From Candidatus Omnitrophota bacterium (lineage in GTDB: Bacteria; Omnitrophota; Omnitrophia; Omnitrophales; Aquincolibacteriaceae): 64,000 nucleotides of DNA. Below, piece after piece: positions 9,534 through 20,368 of this stretch (its first letter is position 1; each line of letters begins with the position of its first letter). The DNA lies in NCBI GenBank assembly GCA_043821445.1, contig JBDRCT010000037.1, forward strand, positions 49,703-113,702, in the 5' to 3' direction. The notes beneath the pieces are model-generated. The model did no database searches. It was not told the DNA's origin and saw only the letters and a program-made list of their open reading frames with translations. The translations under genes were made by a program, and so were the position numbers.

Positions 9534-10938
9534 GAACGCTGTTGAAAGTTTGAAATATTTTATCCCCGAGCTGGTGCTCTTGGGCGGCGCGGTCGCGACG
9601 TTCACGCTGGATTTTTTCCTGAAGCGAAAGAAGCTCGTGGGAGAATTCGCCCTGCTCGTGATCGTGCTTGCGCTCTGCCTTGTAAAAACGCCCGCACAGC
9701 CCCTGCATCTTTTCTTCGGCATGTTCGAGCTGGATACCTTCGCGCATTTTTTCCGCTACTTGGCGCTGGGCGCCGTCGGCGTGACGCTTCTCATCTCGCT
9801 CGGCTACTCGCCGCTCAAGGACCGTTATGACGGCGAGTTCTACGGCCTTTTTCTTTTTATGGCGTTCGCCCTTATCACGGTCGCGGCAGCGAACAATCTC
9901 CTGATGATCTTTATCAGCATCGAATTCGTTTCCCTGCTCTCGTACCTTCTTGTGGGATTTCTGAAGAACGACCCCAGATCCAAAGAAGCGGCCATCAAGT
10001 ATCTTCTCTTCGGAAGTGTTTGCTCGGCCGTCATGCTCTACGGGATGTCCTTTCTCTACGGCGTCGCCGGATCGCTCGAACTTCCCGCCATCGGGAACGC
10101 CCTCTTTGATGCCCCCTTTAAGCCGCTGGCGATCGCGGCCGTTCTTTTCTTTTTTGTCGGACTGGGTTTTAAGATCTCCATGGCGCCTTTCCATATGTGG
10201 GTGCCCGACGTTTACGAAGGCGCGCCGACCCCGGTCACGGCCTTCCTGACCGTCGCGCCCAAAGCGCTCGGCTTCGCGGTCCTGACGCGCGTGTTGGACA
10301 TGATCTTCCTCAATTTCTACAGCGTCTGGAGCCCCGTACTCGTCGTCCTCTCGATCCTGACCATGACGATCGGCAACATCACCGCCGTCTCCCAATCGAA
10401 CATCAAGCGATTCTTGGCCTATTCGAGCATCGCGCAGGCGGGCTATATCCTCATGGGCCTCGCGGTCTTTACCATGCTTGGCCGTGCCTCGACCCTGATC
10501 TATTTACTTGCTTATCTCTTGACGAACCTCGGCGCCTTCGCGGTCGTCCTCTTCGTCGGCGGAGAGACCGGGAGCGATTCCCTGGACGCCTACGCGGGCC
10601 TTTCCGAGCGTTCCCCCGCCGCCGCGGCCATGCTCACCGTCTTTTTGCTCTCGCTTGCCGGTCTTCCTCCGTTCGCGGGATTCATCGGAAAATATTATGT
10701 GTTCGCGGCGGCCATTCAGGCGAAGTTCATTACGCTTACGATCGTCGCCGCCATCAATAGCGTGATCGCGGCCTATTATTATTTCCGGATCGTCCGGCTC
10801 ATGTACCTGACACCTCCCACAGGCCCCGCCTTTCCCTCTCCCTCAAGGTCCCTCGCGATCGTTCTCTGGATCCTGTTCCTGGGCGTTCTTGCGATGGGCA
10901 TTTTCCCGGGCTTTTTCATCACCCGTATCCTGGGATAA
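9532..10938 (+). CDS. nuoN: NADH-quinone oxidoreductase subunit N
   Basis: FKISMAPFHMWVPDVYEGAPTPV, KRFLAYSSIAQAGY and SLAGLPPFAGFIGK; GTG start. Confidence 0.96.
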   Translation: MNAVESLKYFIPELVLLGGAVATFTLDFFLKRKKLVGEFALLVIVLALCLVKTPAQPLHLFFGMFELDTFAHFFRYLALGAVGVTLLISLGYSPLKDRYDGEFYGLFLFMAFALITVAAANNLLMIFISIEFVSLLSYLLVGFLKNDPRSKEAAIKYLLFGSVCSAVMLYGMSFLYGVAGSLELPAIGNALFDAPFKPLAIAAVLFFFVGLGFKISMAPFHMWVPDVYEGAPTPVTAFLTVAPKALGFAVLTRVLDMIFLNFYSVWSPVLVVLSILTMTIGNITAVSQSNIKRFLAYSSIAQAGYILMGLAVFTMLGRASTLIYLLAYLLTNLGAFAVVLFVGGETGSDSLDAYAGLSERSPAAAAMLTVFLLSLAGLPPFAGFIGKYYVFAAAIQAKFITLTIVAAINSVIAAYYYFRIVRLMYLTPPTGPAFPSPSRSLAIVLWILFLGVLAMGIFPGFFITRILG

Positions 10939-10983
10939 AAGTGCGCCGTTTTTCAGCCTGCCCCGTACTACGGGTTCCCGATC

Positions 10984-11931
10984 ATGGTCGTAAGAAAAAC
11001 TCTTTGCAAAATAGACCCCATTGTTTTTTCACCCTTGATGAATAAGCCTTGCCGTTGGTACGGGGTCCCGGAAAAAGCGCTTCTTCAGGATTTCCTCTTC
11101 ACGGTCCTGAAGGACCTCAAGAAAACAAAGATCAAGCAGATCCTGAAATTCGGCTCCGTCCACGTCAACGGCCGCGAGGTCACTTGGTACCGGCACCCCT
11201 TGAAGCCCGGCGACAAGGTCGAGATCCTGGGGAAAGAACGCGCTTCCGCGGAAAGATCCAAATCAGAGCTGGGCCTTGTGATCGTCTATGAGGACGAGGA
11301 TCTCCTGGTCGTGGAAAAACCTGCGGGGCTTCTGACCATGGGGACGGAACGCGAAAAAGAGGCGACGCTTTATTTTATGCTGGGCGAATACGAACGCTCT
11401 AAAGCCAAGGGCGGCCGGGACCGTGTTTTTATCGTGCATCGCCTGGACCGGGACGCTTCGGGATTGATCGTCTTCGCGAAAAACGACGCCGCAAAGCACG
11501 TGCTCCAGGGCCACTGGGAACTCGTCACCAAGAAATACTATGCGATCACGGAAGGGACTCCGGAGAAAAGATCGGGAACGATCGAGAACTATCTCAGGGG
11601 AGACGATTTCAAACGGGTCTACAGCGTTCCTAAAAACCACCCCGAAGCCCGACATGCCGTCACGCATTACCGCGTGCTCCGCGAGAACGGGGGCTACGCC
11701 CTCCTGGAAGTCCAGCTCGAGACCGGCCGCAAGAACCAGATCCGGGTGCATCTCTCCGGCCTCGGGTGCCCCATCATGGGCGATGAGAAATACGGCGCCA
11801 AGTCCGACCCTTTTCGCCGCCTGGCGCTCCACGCCTGTTTTCTCTCATTTCCCCACCCCGCCACGGGTGAGCTCAAGACCTTCCGGTCCTCTCTCCCCGC
11901 TCCTTTCAAAAAGATTTTCCCGACTACGTAA
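10984..11931 (+). CDS. RluA/RluD-family RNA pseudouridine synthase with S4-like N-terminus
   Basis: VVEKPAGL, IVHRLDRDASG and LETGRKNQIRVH; start may be the ATG at 11038. Confidence 0.92.
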   Translation: MVVRKTLCKIDPIVFSPLMNKPCRWYGVPEKALLQDFLFTVLKDLKKTKIKQILKFGSVHVNGREVTWYRHPLKPGDKVEILGKERASAERSKSELGLVIVYEDEDLLVVEKPAGLLTMGTEREKEATLYFMLGEYERSKAKGGRDRVFIVHRLDRDASGLIVFAKNDAAKHVLQGHWELVTKKYYAITEGTPEKRSGTIENYLRGDDFKRVYSVPKNHPEARHAVTHYRVLRENGGYALLEVQLETGRKNQIRVHLSGLGCPIMGDEKYGAKSDPFRRLALHACFLSFPHPATGELKTFRSSLPAPFKKIFPTT

Positions 11932-11932
11932 C

Positions 11933-11977
11933 AACAAAAGGGGACAGGCATTGAGTGACTGCCTGTCCCCTTTTGTT
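11933..11977. terminator. Bidirectional intrinsic terminator
   Basis: AACAAAAGGGGACAGGCA-loop-TGCCTGTCCCCTTTTGTT between convergent genes. Confidence 0.85.
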
Positions 11978-11991
11978 TGACCAACCTAAAA

Positions 11992-12083
11992 GTGTCAGAG
12001 TATCAGAGTGTCAAAGTATCAGTGTTGACTCGTTGATACTATGACACGAGTTTGTTCCTGGCGAACGGTGACACTTTGATACT
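11992..12083. repeat. 92-bp octamer-periodic hairpin, left copy of a direct repeat
   Basis: AGTRTCAG-type left arm and TGAYACT-type right arm; 77/92 ungapped identity (hand count) to 24963-25054. Confidence 0.85.
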
Positions 12084-12130
12084 TAAGAATTCAGGGTTTA
12101 GTGTTTCTGGTTGCGGGGTTCTTGGCACTG

Positions 12131-12493
12131 CTAACCGATATACTTCTTGATCGTGGCGACCAACTCGTCGGATTTGAACGGCTTGGTGAGACAGCCGGCG
12201 GCCCCACATGTCGTGAACTTATCCTCAAGAAATTTGGCATTCGCAGAGATCAAAATAATGGGGATGTTTTTTGTTGCTTCTTCTTTCGATAATATTTTGG
12301 CGACTTCATCGCCATTCATGACCGGCAGGAGAACGTCCATAAGGATCAGGTTCGGCATCTTTTGACGCGCGAGATCAAGGGCCTCCCGGCCATTCGCGGC
12401 CCCAAAGGTCTCATAACCTACATGCCTGAGCCTGAGCAACGTCACCAGAAGGAGATCGCTTTCATCATCCACCACGAGGATTTTTTTTGTCAT
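12131..12493 (-). CDS. Single-domain response regulator
   Basis: ILVVDDE, LILMDVLLP, ISA and TKPF receiver motifs. Confidence 0.93.
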   Translation of the reverse strand: MTKKILVVDDESDLLLVTLLRLRHVGYETFGAANGREALDLARQKMPNLILMDVLLPVMNGDEVAKILSKEEATKNIPIILISANAKFLEDKFTTCGAAGCLTKPFKSDELVATIKKYIG

Positions 12494-12505
12494 AGGAGGT
12501 TCATT

Positions 12506-15500
12506 TTACAACGGTAAAGTAAAATGAAAAGAACTTCCTTTTCCGACGGTGGATTCCGCCCATATTTTTCCATGATGCGCAAGAATGATCTTTTTGGAGA
12601 TCGCGAGTCCCAAACCCGTGCCGCCTTTCTGCCTGTTCATGAGACCGCCTACCTGCTCAAAGGGCTGAAAAAGTTTAGGGAGATCTTCGGGGAGAATCCC
12701 CTCTCCTGTGTCCTGTACCCTTACATGCACGACGTCCTTCTCCTTTTGGACGGCAAGAGTGATGTCGCCGTTTTGGGTGTGACGGATAGCATTATTCACC
12801 AGATTCGTTATGACCTGGACCAGTTTGTCCCGGTCGAATTTTATTTTAGGGAGCCCCTTCTCCATCTCCACCTTGAGATCTAAACCTTTTCCTTTCACTA
12901 AAACGCTCATGCTTTGCCGGATCTCCTCCATTACCTCATGGAGATCATTTTGCAAAATGAGATATTCCATTTTTCCCGATTCTATTTTCTGGAAATCCAG
13001 AACATTGCTGATCAAGCCGATCAACCGCTCGCTATTCTTTTTCGCTATCGCTAATACCTCCTTGAGTTCGTCATCGACCTTGTCCGGCAAACCTTCCAAA
13101 GCAATTTCCAAAGCTCCAAGGATCACCGCGATCGGACTTCTAAGCTCGTGAGAGATCATCGAGATAAACTTTGTTTTTGCCTCCGTAGCGGCCGCCATAA
13201 CCTCCACGCGGTTCTTTTCTGCTGCCAGTATTTTTTGCTCGGTGATATCCTCGGAAATACCCAACAGGTATTTCGTGACCCCATCGGCCCCTCGAACGCA
13301 GACCTTCCGTGTGTGAAGCAACCGCTCGCCTTTCTTGGCCGTTAAAATAGGCTCTTCGGGAATGTCCACCATGCCGGCCTTGCCATCGAGCACTTCGCGG
13401 TCCTTGGCCGCAAAGAACGCCGCCTGTTCGGGAGGAAAAAGATCCAGGTTGTTCTTGCCAAGCACTGCCTTGCGGTCATAGCCCAGGAGTTCCTCTCCCG
13501 CACGATTGAATATGATGAAACGCAGGTCTTTCGCCTCTTTCAGGAAGATCATGAGCGGAACATTTTCCACGACCGCCTCGGTGAGTTCTTTCGATTCCCT
13601 GAGTTCCTGCTCGGTCTTCATGCGATCGGTGATATCCCGGGCAATGCCCAGCACGCCAATGATTTTTTGGTGGGTATCAAAGAGAGGCATTTTTAAAGTA
13701 TCGAATATCCGGATCCCTTCCGGTGTGTTCGCCGGATCATGAGTATTATGGATCACGTTTCCGTTCAAGACGTCCCGGTCATCATTTTCAAACCCGCGTA
13801 TCCCCTTAAGCGGATTCCCATGAACAAGTTCCGGATCCCATCCGTTCTCGACGTCCGTATGCCCGATCATATCCTTCGGTGCCTTACCGACAGCTCTGGC
13901 GTAAGCCTTGTTGGCAAGTATCGTGCGCAGTTCAGTGTCTTTTGCAAAAATAAAGTCCGGCGTAGAATCAATGATCTCTTTTAATACTTCGCCTTGCTGT
14001 TTTAACTCTTCCTGTATTTTTTTCCGCTCGGTAATGTCCCAGAAAAAGCCGAGGAGCCCCGTTACGTGACCCGCCCCATCGCGGACAGGCACCTTGACGA
14101 TATGGACATAAGACTTCCGAGAGCCTGAGAGATAATCCCGGATCCCATGGTATTCCTCTTCCCGGTCTTCCGGCATCCCCGATTCCATGATCTGCTTATC
14201 TTCATCCCTTTGTTTTTCCGCCAGATGCGTAGGAAAAAAATCATAGTCTGTTTTTCCCACGATCTCTTCCGACCGGATCCCAAGGTCCTTTGCGTAATTC
14301 TCATTGCAGGATAAATAGACGGAGTTCTTGTCTTTAAGGAACACCTTGGAGGGCAAAGTCTCGATGAGTGTTCTGAACTGCAGTTCCTTGGCTTCTGCCA
14401 ATTCTTTTTTCAACCGCTTGCGCTCGGTGATGTCGCGGATATTGCACTGGATCACTTTGCGATGGTCCACCTGATAGACATTACTCACGAACTCCACTTC
14501 GATCTTCCGGCCATCTGCCGTCTCCAAGGGCAGATCTTCATAGCGGGCGTATTTTTCCTGTTGCAGTTTCAGGAAATTATTCTTATTCGCAATGATATCC
14601 TTGAGACATCCGACATCCCAGATCGCTTTTCCGAGGAATTCTTTGTGCGAATATCCTAACATCTCGATCAAATACGGGTTGGCATCCAGGATCATGCCTG
14701 TCCCGGCATCGAGGATCAAGATGCCGTCTTTCGCTGCCTCAAAAAGGCGACGGTATCGCGTTTCTGAATCTAGAAGCAATGCTTCCGTCCGTTTGCGCGC
14801 TTCAAGCTGTAGAGTGCGGTACCAAAAGGCCATTCCACCTGCAACACAAAGGATCAAGATAAGAACCGCGAGGGAAACCGCCACAGCACGCAAACGCACC
14901 TCTCCTCGGATCTCCGCTTCGTCTTCCTTAGTCACCAGGAACCAGTCCGTCCCGGGTATAGGCTGCAGATCTGCGACAACCGCCTTCCCAAGGTAATCCT
15001 TACCGTAGAAGATCCCTCTCCTCCCGAGGACCGCCTGAACGGCCGGTAACGTGTTCAGAGAAAGCAGAAAGCTCAGCCTCAGGGCTGTGTTTTTCCGGTG
15101 CCTGAGTTCGTTTAGAAAAAGCACTTCGTCACCGTCCCGGCGCACCAGCAAAGTCTCGCCGCTTTGGCTGGATGTCGGCCAGGCCTCGATCATCGGGAAA
15201 AGGTATTCTTGCACATTTGTAGTCAACACAAGAACCGCCAGTGTTTGGTTCGCATCGTCCCTGATAGCCGCTGCGATATCGATATGGATCCCACCGGAGA
15301 CAGTATAGTGCAACTGGCTCAGCACCGGACGACGTTCCGTTAAAGCCTTCTTCACCGCCACCCAGCTTTCTTTCTCCATCTCCACAGGCCGAGAAGCACC
15401 GGAAAGCAGGATCTTCCCGCCCGCGTCCACCAGAAGTGCCTGGAAATAAATGCCGAGTTCCTGTTCAAGCTGCAGGCGTTCGACCAGATCCTCTCTGTCG

Positions 15501-15820
15501 GCAAGCCGCTCCGGATCGCGAAGCCATTCGGCCAAGATTCTTTTAACCGCCGGAGAATCTGAGATCCTTCTCGCGTCATTGCTCCGCTCCTGGCACCAAC
15601 GCTGGATCTGTTTTATCTTGATCTGATTAATGGCGCCCAGCCCAGAGATCCTCAGTTGCCGGATCCGGTCCAGGTCGGAAAAATAATAAAACGAACCGCA
15701 CGCAATAAATAATACCGCGATCAGGAAGAACCATAGCATCATCTTGTGCCCGGGTACCCGGGCGGCCGCTTCCCAATGACCGTTGCTCGTTCTTGCCGGC
15801 TTGTCTGGACTCATATCCAC
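12506..15820 (-). CDS. Membrane sensor histidine kinase with multiple PAS domains
   Basis: Two TM helices around an extracytoplasmic domain; four PAS repeats ending DIT(E/D); H-box SHELRSP; N box, DTGEG and GTGLGL boxes. Confidence 0.93.
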   Translation of the reverse strand: MDMSPDKPARTSNGHWEAAARVPGHKMMLWFFLIAVLFIACGSFYYFSDLDRIRQLRISGLGAINQIKIKQIQRWCQERSNDARRISDSPAVKRILAEWLRDPERLADREDLVERLQLEQELGIYFQALLVDAGGKILLSGASRPVEMEKESWVAVKKALTERRPVLSQLHYTVSGGIHIDIAAAIRDDANQTLAVLVLTTNVQEYLFPMIEAWPTSSQSGETLLVRRDGDEVLFLNELRHRKNTALRLSFLLSLNTLPAVQAVLGRRGIFYGKDYLGKAVVADLQPIPGTDWFLVTKEDEAEIRGEVRLRAVAVSLAVLILILCVAGGMAFWYRTLQLEARKRTEALLLDSETRYRRLFEAAKDGILILDAGTGMILDANPYLIEMLGYSHKEFLGKAIWDVGCLKDIIANKNNFLKLQQEKYARYEDLPLETADGRKIEVEFVSNVYQVDHRKVIQCNIRDITERKRLKKELAEAKELQFRTLIETLPSKVFLKDKNSVYLSCNENYAKDLGIRSEEIVGKTDYDFFPTHLAEKQRDEDKQIMESGMPEDREEEYHGIRDYLSGSRKSYVHIVKVPVRDGAGHVTGLLGFFWDITERKKIQEELKQQGEVLKEIIDSTPDFIFAKDTELRTILANKAYARAVGKAPKDMIGHTDVENGWDPELVHGNPLKGIRGFENDDRDVLNGNVIHNTHDPANTPEGIRIFDTLKMPLFDTHQKIIGVLGIARDITDRMKTEQELRESKELTEAVVENVPLMIFLKEAKDLRFIIFNRAGEELLGYDRKAVLGKNNLDLFPPEQAAFFAAKDREVLDGKAGMVDIPEEPILTAKKGERLLHTRKVCVRGADGVTKYLLGISEDITEQKILAAEKNRVEVMAAATEAKTKFISMISHELRSPIAVILGALEIALEGLPDKVDDELKEVLAIAKKNSERLIGLISNVLDFQKIESGKMEYLILQNDLHEVMEEIRQSMSVLVKGKGLDLKVEMEKGLPKIKFDRDKLVQVITNLVNNAIRHTQNGDITLAVQKEKDVVHVRVQDTGEGILPEDLPKLFQPFEQVGGLMNRQKGGTGLGLAISKKIILAHHGKIWAESTVGKGSSFHFTLPL

Positions 15821-15850
15821 TCCGTCAGATGGACGATACGTTAAAATCTA

Positions 15851-16025
15851 TGAAACCCCAAATCCCTGCCTGACCGGCCGGCAGGCGAAACCCTGAACTC
15901 GACAAACCCTAAATCCAAAACTCTAAATAAATCCAAAACCTAAAATCCAAAATTCGACAAATTTTATACACTAAATATTAAATCTAAAATTCCAAACCCT
16001 AAATCCAAAAAGTTTCGGTTTTCAA
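15851..16025. repeat. AT-rich heptamer array (AAATCCA/AAACCCT) with nested CCTGCC..GGCAGG palindrome
   Basis: Degenerate 7-nt periodicity, e.g. AAACCCT AAATCCA AAACTCT; related array at 21251-21350. Confidence 0.7.
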
Positions 16026-16053
16026 AAAGTGTGCGCTCGTCGTCGATCGTTCG

Positions 16054-16440
16054 TCAAACACCTCTTGGACCCAGACGTTCTTCAATGCAATCCATCAGTT
16101 GTTTGATGTCTACCGGTTTAGCCAGAAAGAACTGGCCGCCTATTTCTCCTCCGGTTCGCGCTAATTCTTGAGCACTCACAGCTCCTGTTAAGAAAACGAT
16201 GGGCACTTGAGCCAAAGCAGGGTCCGATCTGATCTCAAAAGCTAAAGCCGACCCTTCCATTTCAGGCATCATGATATCGATGAAAATAATCTGGGGTTTG
16301 AAATCACGGGCTTTTTGTAATGCTAATTTAGCGTTTTGCTCCACCGCGACCTCGTAGCCGCCTTTCTGTTCCAAAACCCTCTTAAACATGCGAAGCAGCG
16401 CCTCTTCGTCGTCGACGAAAAGAATCCTCTTTTTTTCCAT
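16054..16440 (-). CDS. Single-domain response regulator
   Basis: ILFVDDE, IFIDIMMP, FLTG and AKPV. Confidence 0.93.
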   Translation of the reverse strand: MEKKRILFVDDEEALLRMFKRVLEQKGGYEVAVEQNAKLALQKARDFKPQIIFIDIMMPEMEGSALAFEIRSDPALAQVPIVFLTGAVSAQELARTGGEIGGQFFLAKPVDIKQLMDCIEERLGPRGV

Positions 16441-19424
16441 TAAACACCCCCCTTTTTCCGTTCATCCAATATTTCGTTAACTTTTTTCAACAGAGAGAGC
16501 GAAGAAAATGGCTTGGGAATGAGCCCGGCATCAGGACCCAGCACATCAAACCCATCCAAAGCATCCCCCATATAGCCGGACATAAAAAGCACTTTAAGAT
16601 CCGGTTGGATTTTTTTGATCCTCTCCGCGGTTTCTCTGCCGCCTATCTGAGGCATAATAACGTCCGTTAACAAAAGATCGACTTTTACATGCTTGCGTGA
16701 AAGCTCCTCCAACAGGTTAATGGCATCGACGCCGCTTTGCGCTACGAAAAGAGTATAACCTTGTCCACTTAAGATCTTGGAGCAAAACTGGCGGATCATC
16801 GGCTCATCTTCGACCAATAGGATGGTCTCCGATCTTTGAGGCAGGATCTCCTTCTCCTTCTCCTTCTCCTTCTCCTTCTCCTTCTCCTTCTCCTTCTCCT
16901 TCTCCTTCTCCTTCTCCTTCTCCTTCTCCTTCTCCTTCTCCTTTTCGCTGATATCTAATTCTGTGGCAGAAGGCAATAAGACTTTAAATGCGGTCCCCTT
17001 TCCCGGCTCACTTTGAACAGAAATGTGACCCTCCATCCGCTTAATGATCCCGTAACACGTCGCAAGACCCAGCCCTGTCCCTTTATCTTTAGATTTCGTG
17101 GTAAAAAAGGGTTCGAACAGATGGCGTTTAGTCTCTTCATCTATACCAACGCCTGTGTCAGTCACAGACAGTTGGACGTACGCTCCGGGCTTTAGGCCTG
17201 GATCGTTCATGACATCCGCTTCATTCAGAATAATATTTGTGATTTCAAAAACTATTTTTCCTTTGCCCGACATAGCATCCCGCGCATTCACCGCGAGATT
17301 CATGATGACTTGTTCCATCTGGTCCGGATCGATCTTAGTCCTCTTCAATAAACTATCTGTGAACATTACGACTTCAATGCCTGCGCCCAGAAGACGCTTG
17401 AGCATCTGGCTCATGTCCATCACGAGAGCGCTCAGATCGACGAGAATGGGTTTCACCGGTTGGCGGCGCGAAAAAGCGAGAAGTTGATTCGTAAGATTCT
17501 GCGCGCGCTTGCCGGCTTTGAAAATTTCCTCTAGATCATCATGAAGCGGATTATCAGGAGCCAGGGATCCCAGTGTCAGGTCAGCATAGCCATTGATCAC
17601 GGTCAGGAGATTATTAAAATCATGGGCAATGCCACCGGCCAGTATGCCGACGGCTTTCATCTTTTCGGCGTGGGCAATCTGGGCCTGAACCCTTTCTAAT
17701 TCCGCCAAGTTCTTTTCCAATCTTTCCCTGATCTGGTTGTTATCAGCCAGCATGCTGGTCATGATCTCGCGGGATTTCATCTCTTCCTTCAAAACCTGAT
17801 TCATCTTCTCTTCCGCCCGCTTGCGCTCGGTGATATCATGGGCTACGTACACCGCCCCCAGGATCTTTTCGCAATGCTCGCCTTTTTCTTTAAATGACGG
17901 GTAATCGTCCTTTGGCTCTTTTTGAGGACAGTCTTTTTCCCTTAGTATTGCTCTGCTTAAAATAACCGGCATTTTCTTTCCATCCTTAGCTTTGTAATTG
18001 ATCTCATAATCCTTCGAAACTCCCCCCTTGAGAAGCTTCTTAAGTTTTGCTCCCTGAAGTGGAATTTCTTCTTCTGAAAATAAAAGACTTATATCTTTCC
18101 CGATCAGTTCTTTTTTCTCATAGCCTAAAAGCGCGTATGTCGCTTTATTAACAATTGAAATTTTTGAATCGGGATCAATGACTACCAGGCTATCGACCAT
18201 GTTCTCCATGATATTATCGAGATAATCCCTTGAAACGGTGGTCTTCCCCAACTGCCTGGTCATCGCATTGAAAGCATCGGCCAGGTCTTCGATTTCATCC
18301 CCGGTTTTCAAGTCTATTGTGTGATCCCATTCTCCCTGAGAGAAACGCTGTATCCCATCCCGGATCTTTTGTAGCGGAGAAATAAAAACGGCTTTGATCC
18401 TCTTTTGCAGGCTCCTTATGAGCAAAAGAGAAAAAAATATTATCATAATGAAGCCCACGGCAGAGATCACATAGAACGGAAAAAAGATCTCCTTCATCTC
18501 TTGCGTCACAACAGTGATCCAATGGATATCATTCCTCTTAAGATATTGGCTATTAACCTCTGCCGCGGTTACAAGAGAATTTCCATCCTGCTTGCCTAGA
18601 TTCAAAATCAAAAAATCACGCTTGCTGTTCAAGAGCTCCCCTATCATAATGCTCGTCAGCGGCGATTGGCTCATCGGATCCATGCCGGCGTGATAAATCA
18701 CCATTCCTTGTTCATTAAGCAGCGCCGAACGGCCGGTTCTGCCGAATTTATACCGTTTCATCATCTTAAAAAATACATCAATATCTACTATGGCTTTTGC
18801 AATACCGATGATCCGGCCCTTCTCATCCTTGATCGGAACCGCAATAGCGCTGCTTATTTTCCCGCTGGATTCATCTATCGTAACTTCGCCAAAATAATTA
18901 TCGCCTTTGCCGTTATCATAGGCGCGTTGCCACCACCGTTCATCCGCCTGATAGAAATCACTCGTTTTGTTTGACGCAGCCACCAATCCGCCATATTGGT
19001 CCGTAAGAAATATTTCCGCTATAACATCATCGCCTTCCGCCAAGACCTTCAGCCTCTGACCTATGCGGGAACCCAGCCATTCCTGTAGCTGGCTATCCGC
19101 CATAGCGGCCCACTGCTTATCCATGTGCGCCATATACTCCTGGATGGCTTTGGGTTCCAAATCTTTATAGCGCAGGTTCGCTTCTTGAACCGCATCGCGC
19201 CACCACTGACTTTCCACGTAAAATCTTATTTCGTCCACTTGACGATCAATGAGACTCGCGATGAATCCCGAGAATAACCGCGCATCTTGTTTTTGCCTGC
19301 TGCCGATGGTGTCAAAGCGCATTTTCCAGACGCTGCCGAAACCTGCGATCAGCAGACATGCGACCGCTATGCCGATACTGAAGACTATGAATCGTGAAAT
19401 TTTTTTACTGACACTTGCTTTCAT
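16440..19424 (-). CDS. Hybrid sensor kinase (Cache-HAMP-PAS-HisKA-HATPase-REC)
   Basis: HAMP motif [13 protein letters not shown]; H-box AHDFNNLL; PFFTTK and GTGLGL; C-terminal REC (LLTDVIMP). Confidence 0.94.
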   Translation of the reverse strand: MKASVSKKISRFIVFSIGIAVACLLIAGFGSVWKMRFDTIGSRQKQDARLFSGFIASLIDRQVDEIRFYVESQWWRDAVQEANLRYKDLEPKAIQEYMAHMDKQWAAMADSQLQEWLGSRIGQRLKVLAEGDDVIAEIFLTDQYGGLVAASNKTSDFYQADERWWQRAYDNGKGDNYFGEVTIDESSGKISSAIAVPIKDEKGRIIGIAKAIVDIDVFFKMMKRYKFGRTGRSALLNEQGMVIYHAGMDPMSQSPLTSIMIGELLNSKRDFLILNLGKQDGNSLVTAAEVNSQYLKRNDIHWITVVTQEMKEIFFPFYVISAVGFIMIIFFSLLLIRSLQKRIKAVFISPLQKIRDGIQRFSQGEWDHTIDLKTGDEIEDLADAFNAMTRQLGKTTVSRDYLDNIMENMVDSLVVIDPDSKISIVNKATYALLGYEKKELIGKDISLLFSEEEIPLQGAKLKKLLKGGVSKDYEINYKAKDGKKMPVILSRAILREKDCPQKEPKDDYPSFKEKGEHCEKILGAVYVAHDITERKRAEEKMNQVLKEEMKSREIMTSMLADNNQIRERLEKNLAELERVQAQIAHAEKMKAVGILAGGIAHDFNNLLTVINGYADLTLGSLAPDNPLHDDLEEIFKAGKRAQNLTNQLLAFSRRQPVKPILVDLSALVMDMSQMLKRLLGAGIEVVMFTDSLLKRTKIDPDQMEQVIMNLAVNARDAMSGKGKIVFEITNIILNEADVMNDPGLKPGAYVQLSVTDTGVGIDEETKRHLFEPFFTTKSKDKGTGLGLATCYGIIKRMEGHISVQSEPGKGTAFKVLLPSATELDISEKEKEKEKEKEKEKEKEKEKEKEKEKEKEKEKEILPQRSETILLVEDEPMIRQFCSKILSGQGYTLFVAQSGVDAINLLEELSRKHVKVDLLLTDVIMPQIGGRETAERIKKIQPDLKVLFMSGYMGDALDGFDVLGPDAGLIPKPFSSLSLLKKVNEILDERKKGGV
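16848..16946. repeat. Hexanucleotide microsatellite (CTTCTC)15 encoding an (EK)16E linker
   Basis: Perfect CTTCTC x15 at 16851-16940, in frame within the hybrid kinase. Confidence 0.97.
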
Positions 19425-19430
19425 CGTAGT

Positions 19431-20342
19431 TCAAGTCCCTTGATCTTTGAGCTTTTTCTCCAGATCTGCCACCTGCTCTTTCAATTCCAAGATCCGCTCT
19501 TCCCTGCCGATGCTTGCTTTATAAAAAACTTCCAGTTCCTGCAGGCGTTTCTGCAATTCCTTCTCGGCTTTCTTATACCCCGTGATATCCTCCACCATCT
19601 CGATGACGGCGACAACCTTGCCATGCTCGTCTTTGATCGGAGAAGCGACGATCCTGTAATTAAACACTTGGCCGCCCATAGGCGTTTCCGTCACATCTTC
19701 GTGCACGAGTCCGTCTTTCAATGTCTTGGCTGTCGGGCAATAAGAACAAATTTCATCTCTCGGCGGTTGGTTAAAGGCGCGGTAACAAATAGGTTTGTCT
19801 TCAAGATCAATGCGCGGATTCCATTTCTTCATTTGCTTGTTTAAAGACAAAATTTGCATATCCGGAGAGACCACTGCCACGCCGATACTGATGTTGTCCA
19901 GAATGCCTCGAAGCTTTTCCTCACTTTCACGCAAGGCATTATCCGCCTTTTTGTGGTCGGTGCGCTCCTGCCTCTCTTTAAGTGCGCGTTGGATGGCCGG
20001 AACAAGTCTGGAAAGCTTGTCTTTCATGACGTAATCCACCGCCCCGGACTTCATCATCTCGACGGCGATGTCCTCGCCGATGGTTCCCGAAACAACGATG
20101 AAAGGTGTTTCCGGAAAGCGCTCCTTGACGATATCGAGAGCCTTGAAAGCATCGAATGACGGCATCTTATAGTCGCAGAGGATCATGTCAGGAACAAATT
20201 CGCCAAGCGCCGAAAGAAACTCCTCCTTCGACTGCACCCATTTCACGGTATGAGTGAAGTCCCTCTTGCCGAGCTCTCTTTTGATGAGCTCGGCATCAAC
20301 GGCGGAATCTTCTACGGCGAGGATATGTATTTTTTGAGCCAT
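19431..20342 (-). CDS. Response regulator with REC and PAS domains, no output domain
   Basis: ILAVEDS, ILCDYKMP, a PAS domain with Cys residues and a C-terminal coiled coil; ATG at 20342 with GGAGG RBS (the ORF-track start at 20498 overlaps the next gene). Confidence 0.88.
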   Translation of the reverse strand: MAQKIHILAVEDSAVDAELIKRELGKRDFTHTVKWVQSKEEFLSALGEFVPDMILCDYKMPSFDAFKALDIVKERFPETPFIVVSGTIGEDIAVEMMKSGAVDYVMKDKLSRLVPAIQRALKERQERTDHKKADNALRESEEKLRGILDNISIGVAVVSPDMQILSLNKQMKKWNPRIDLEDKPICYRAFNQPPRDEICSYCPTAKTLKDGLVHEDVTETPMGGQVFNYRIVASPIKDEHGKVVAVIEMVEDITGYKKAEKELQKRLQELEVFYKASIGREERILELKEQVADLEKKLKDQGT

Positions 20343-20368
20343 AAAACCTCCCAACCAGCCTTCAGTCG

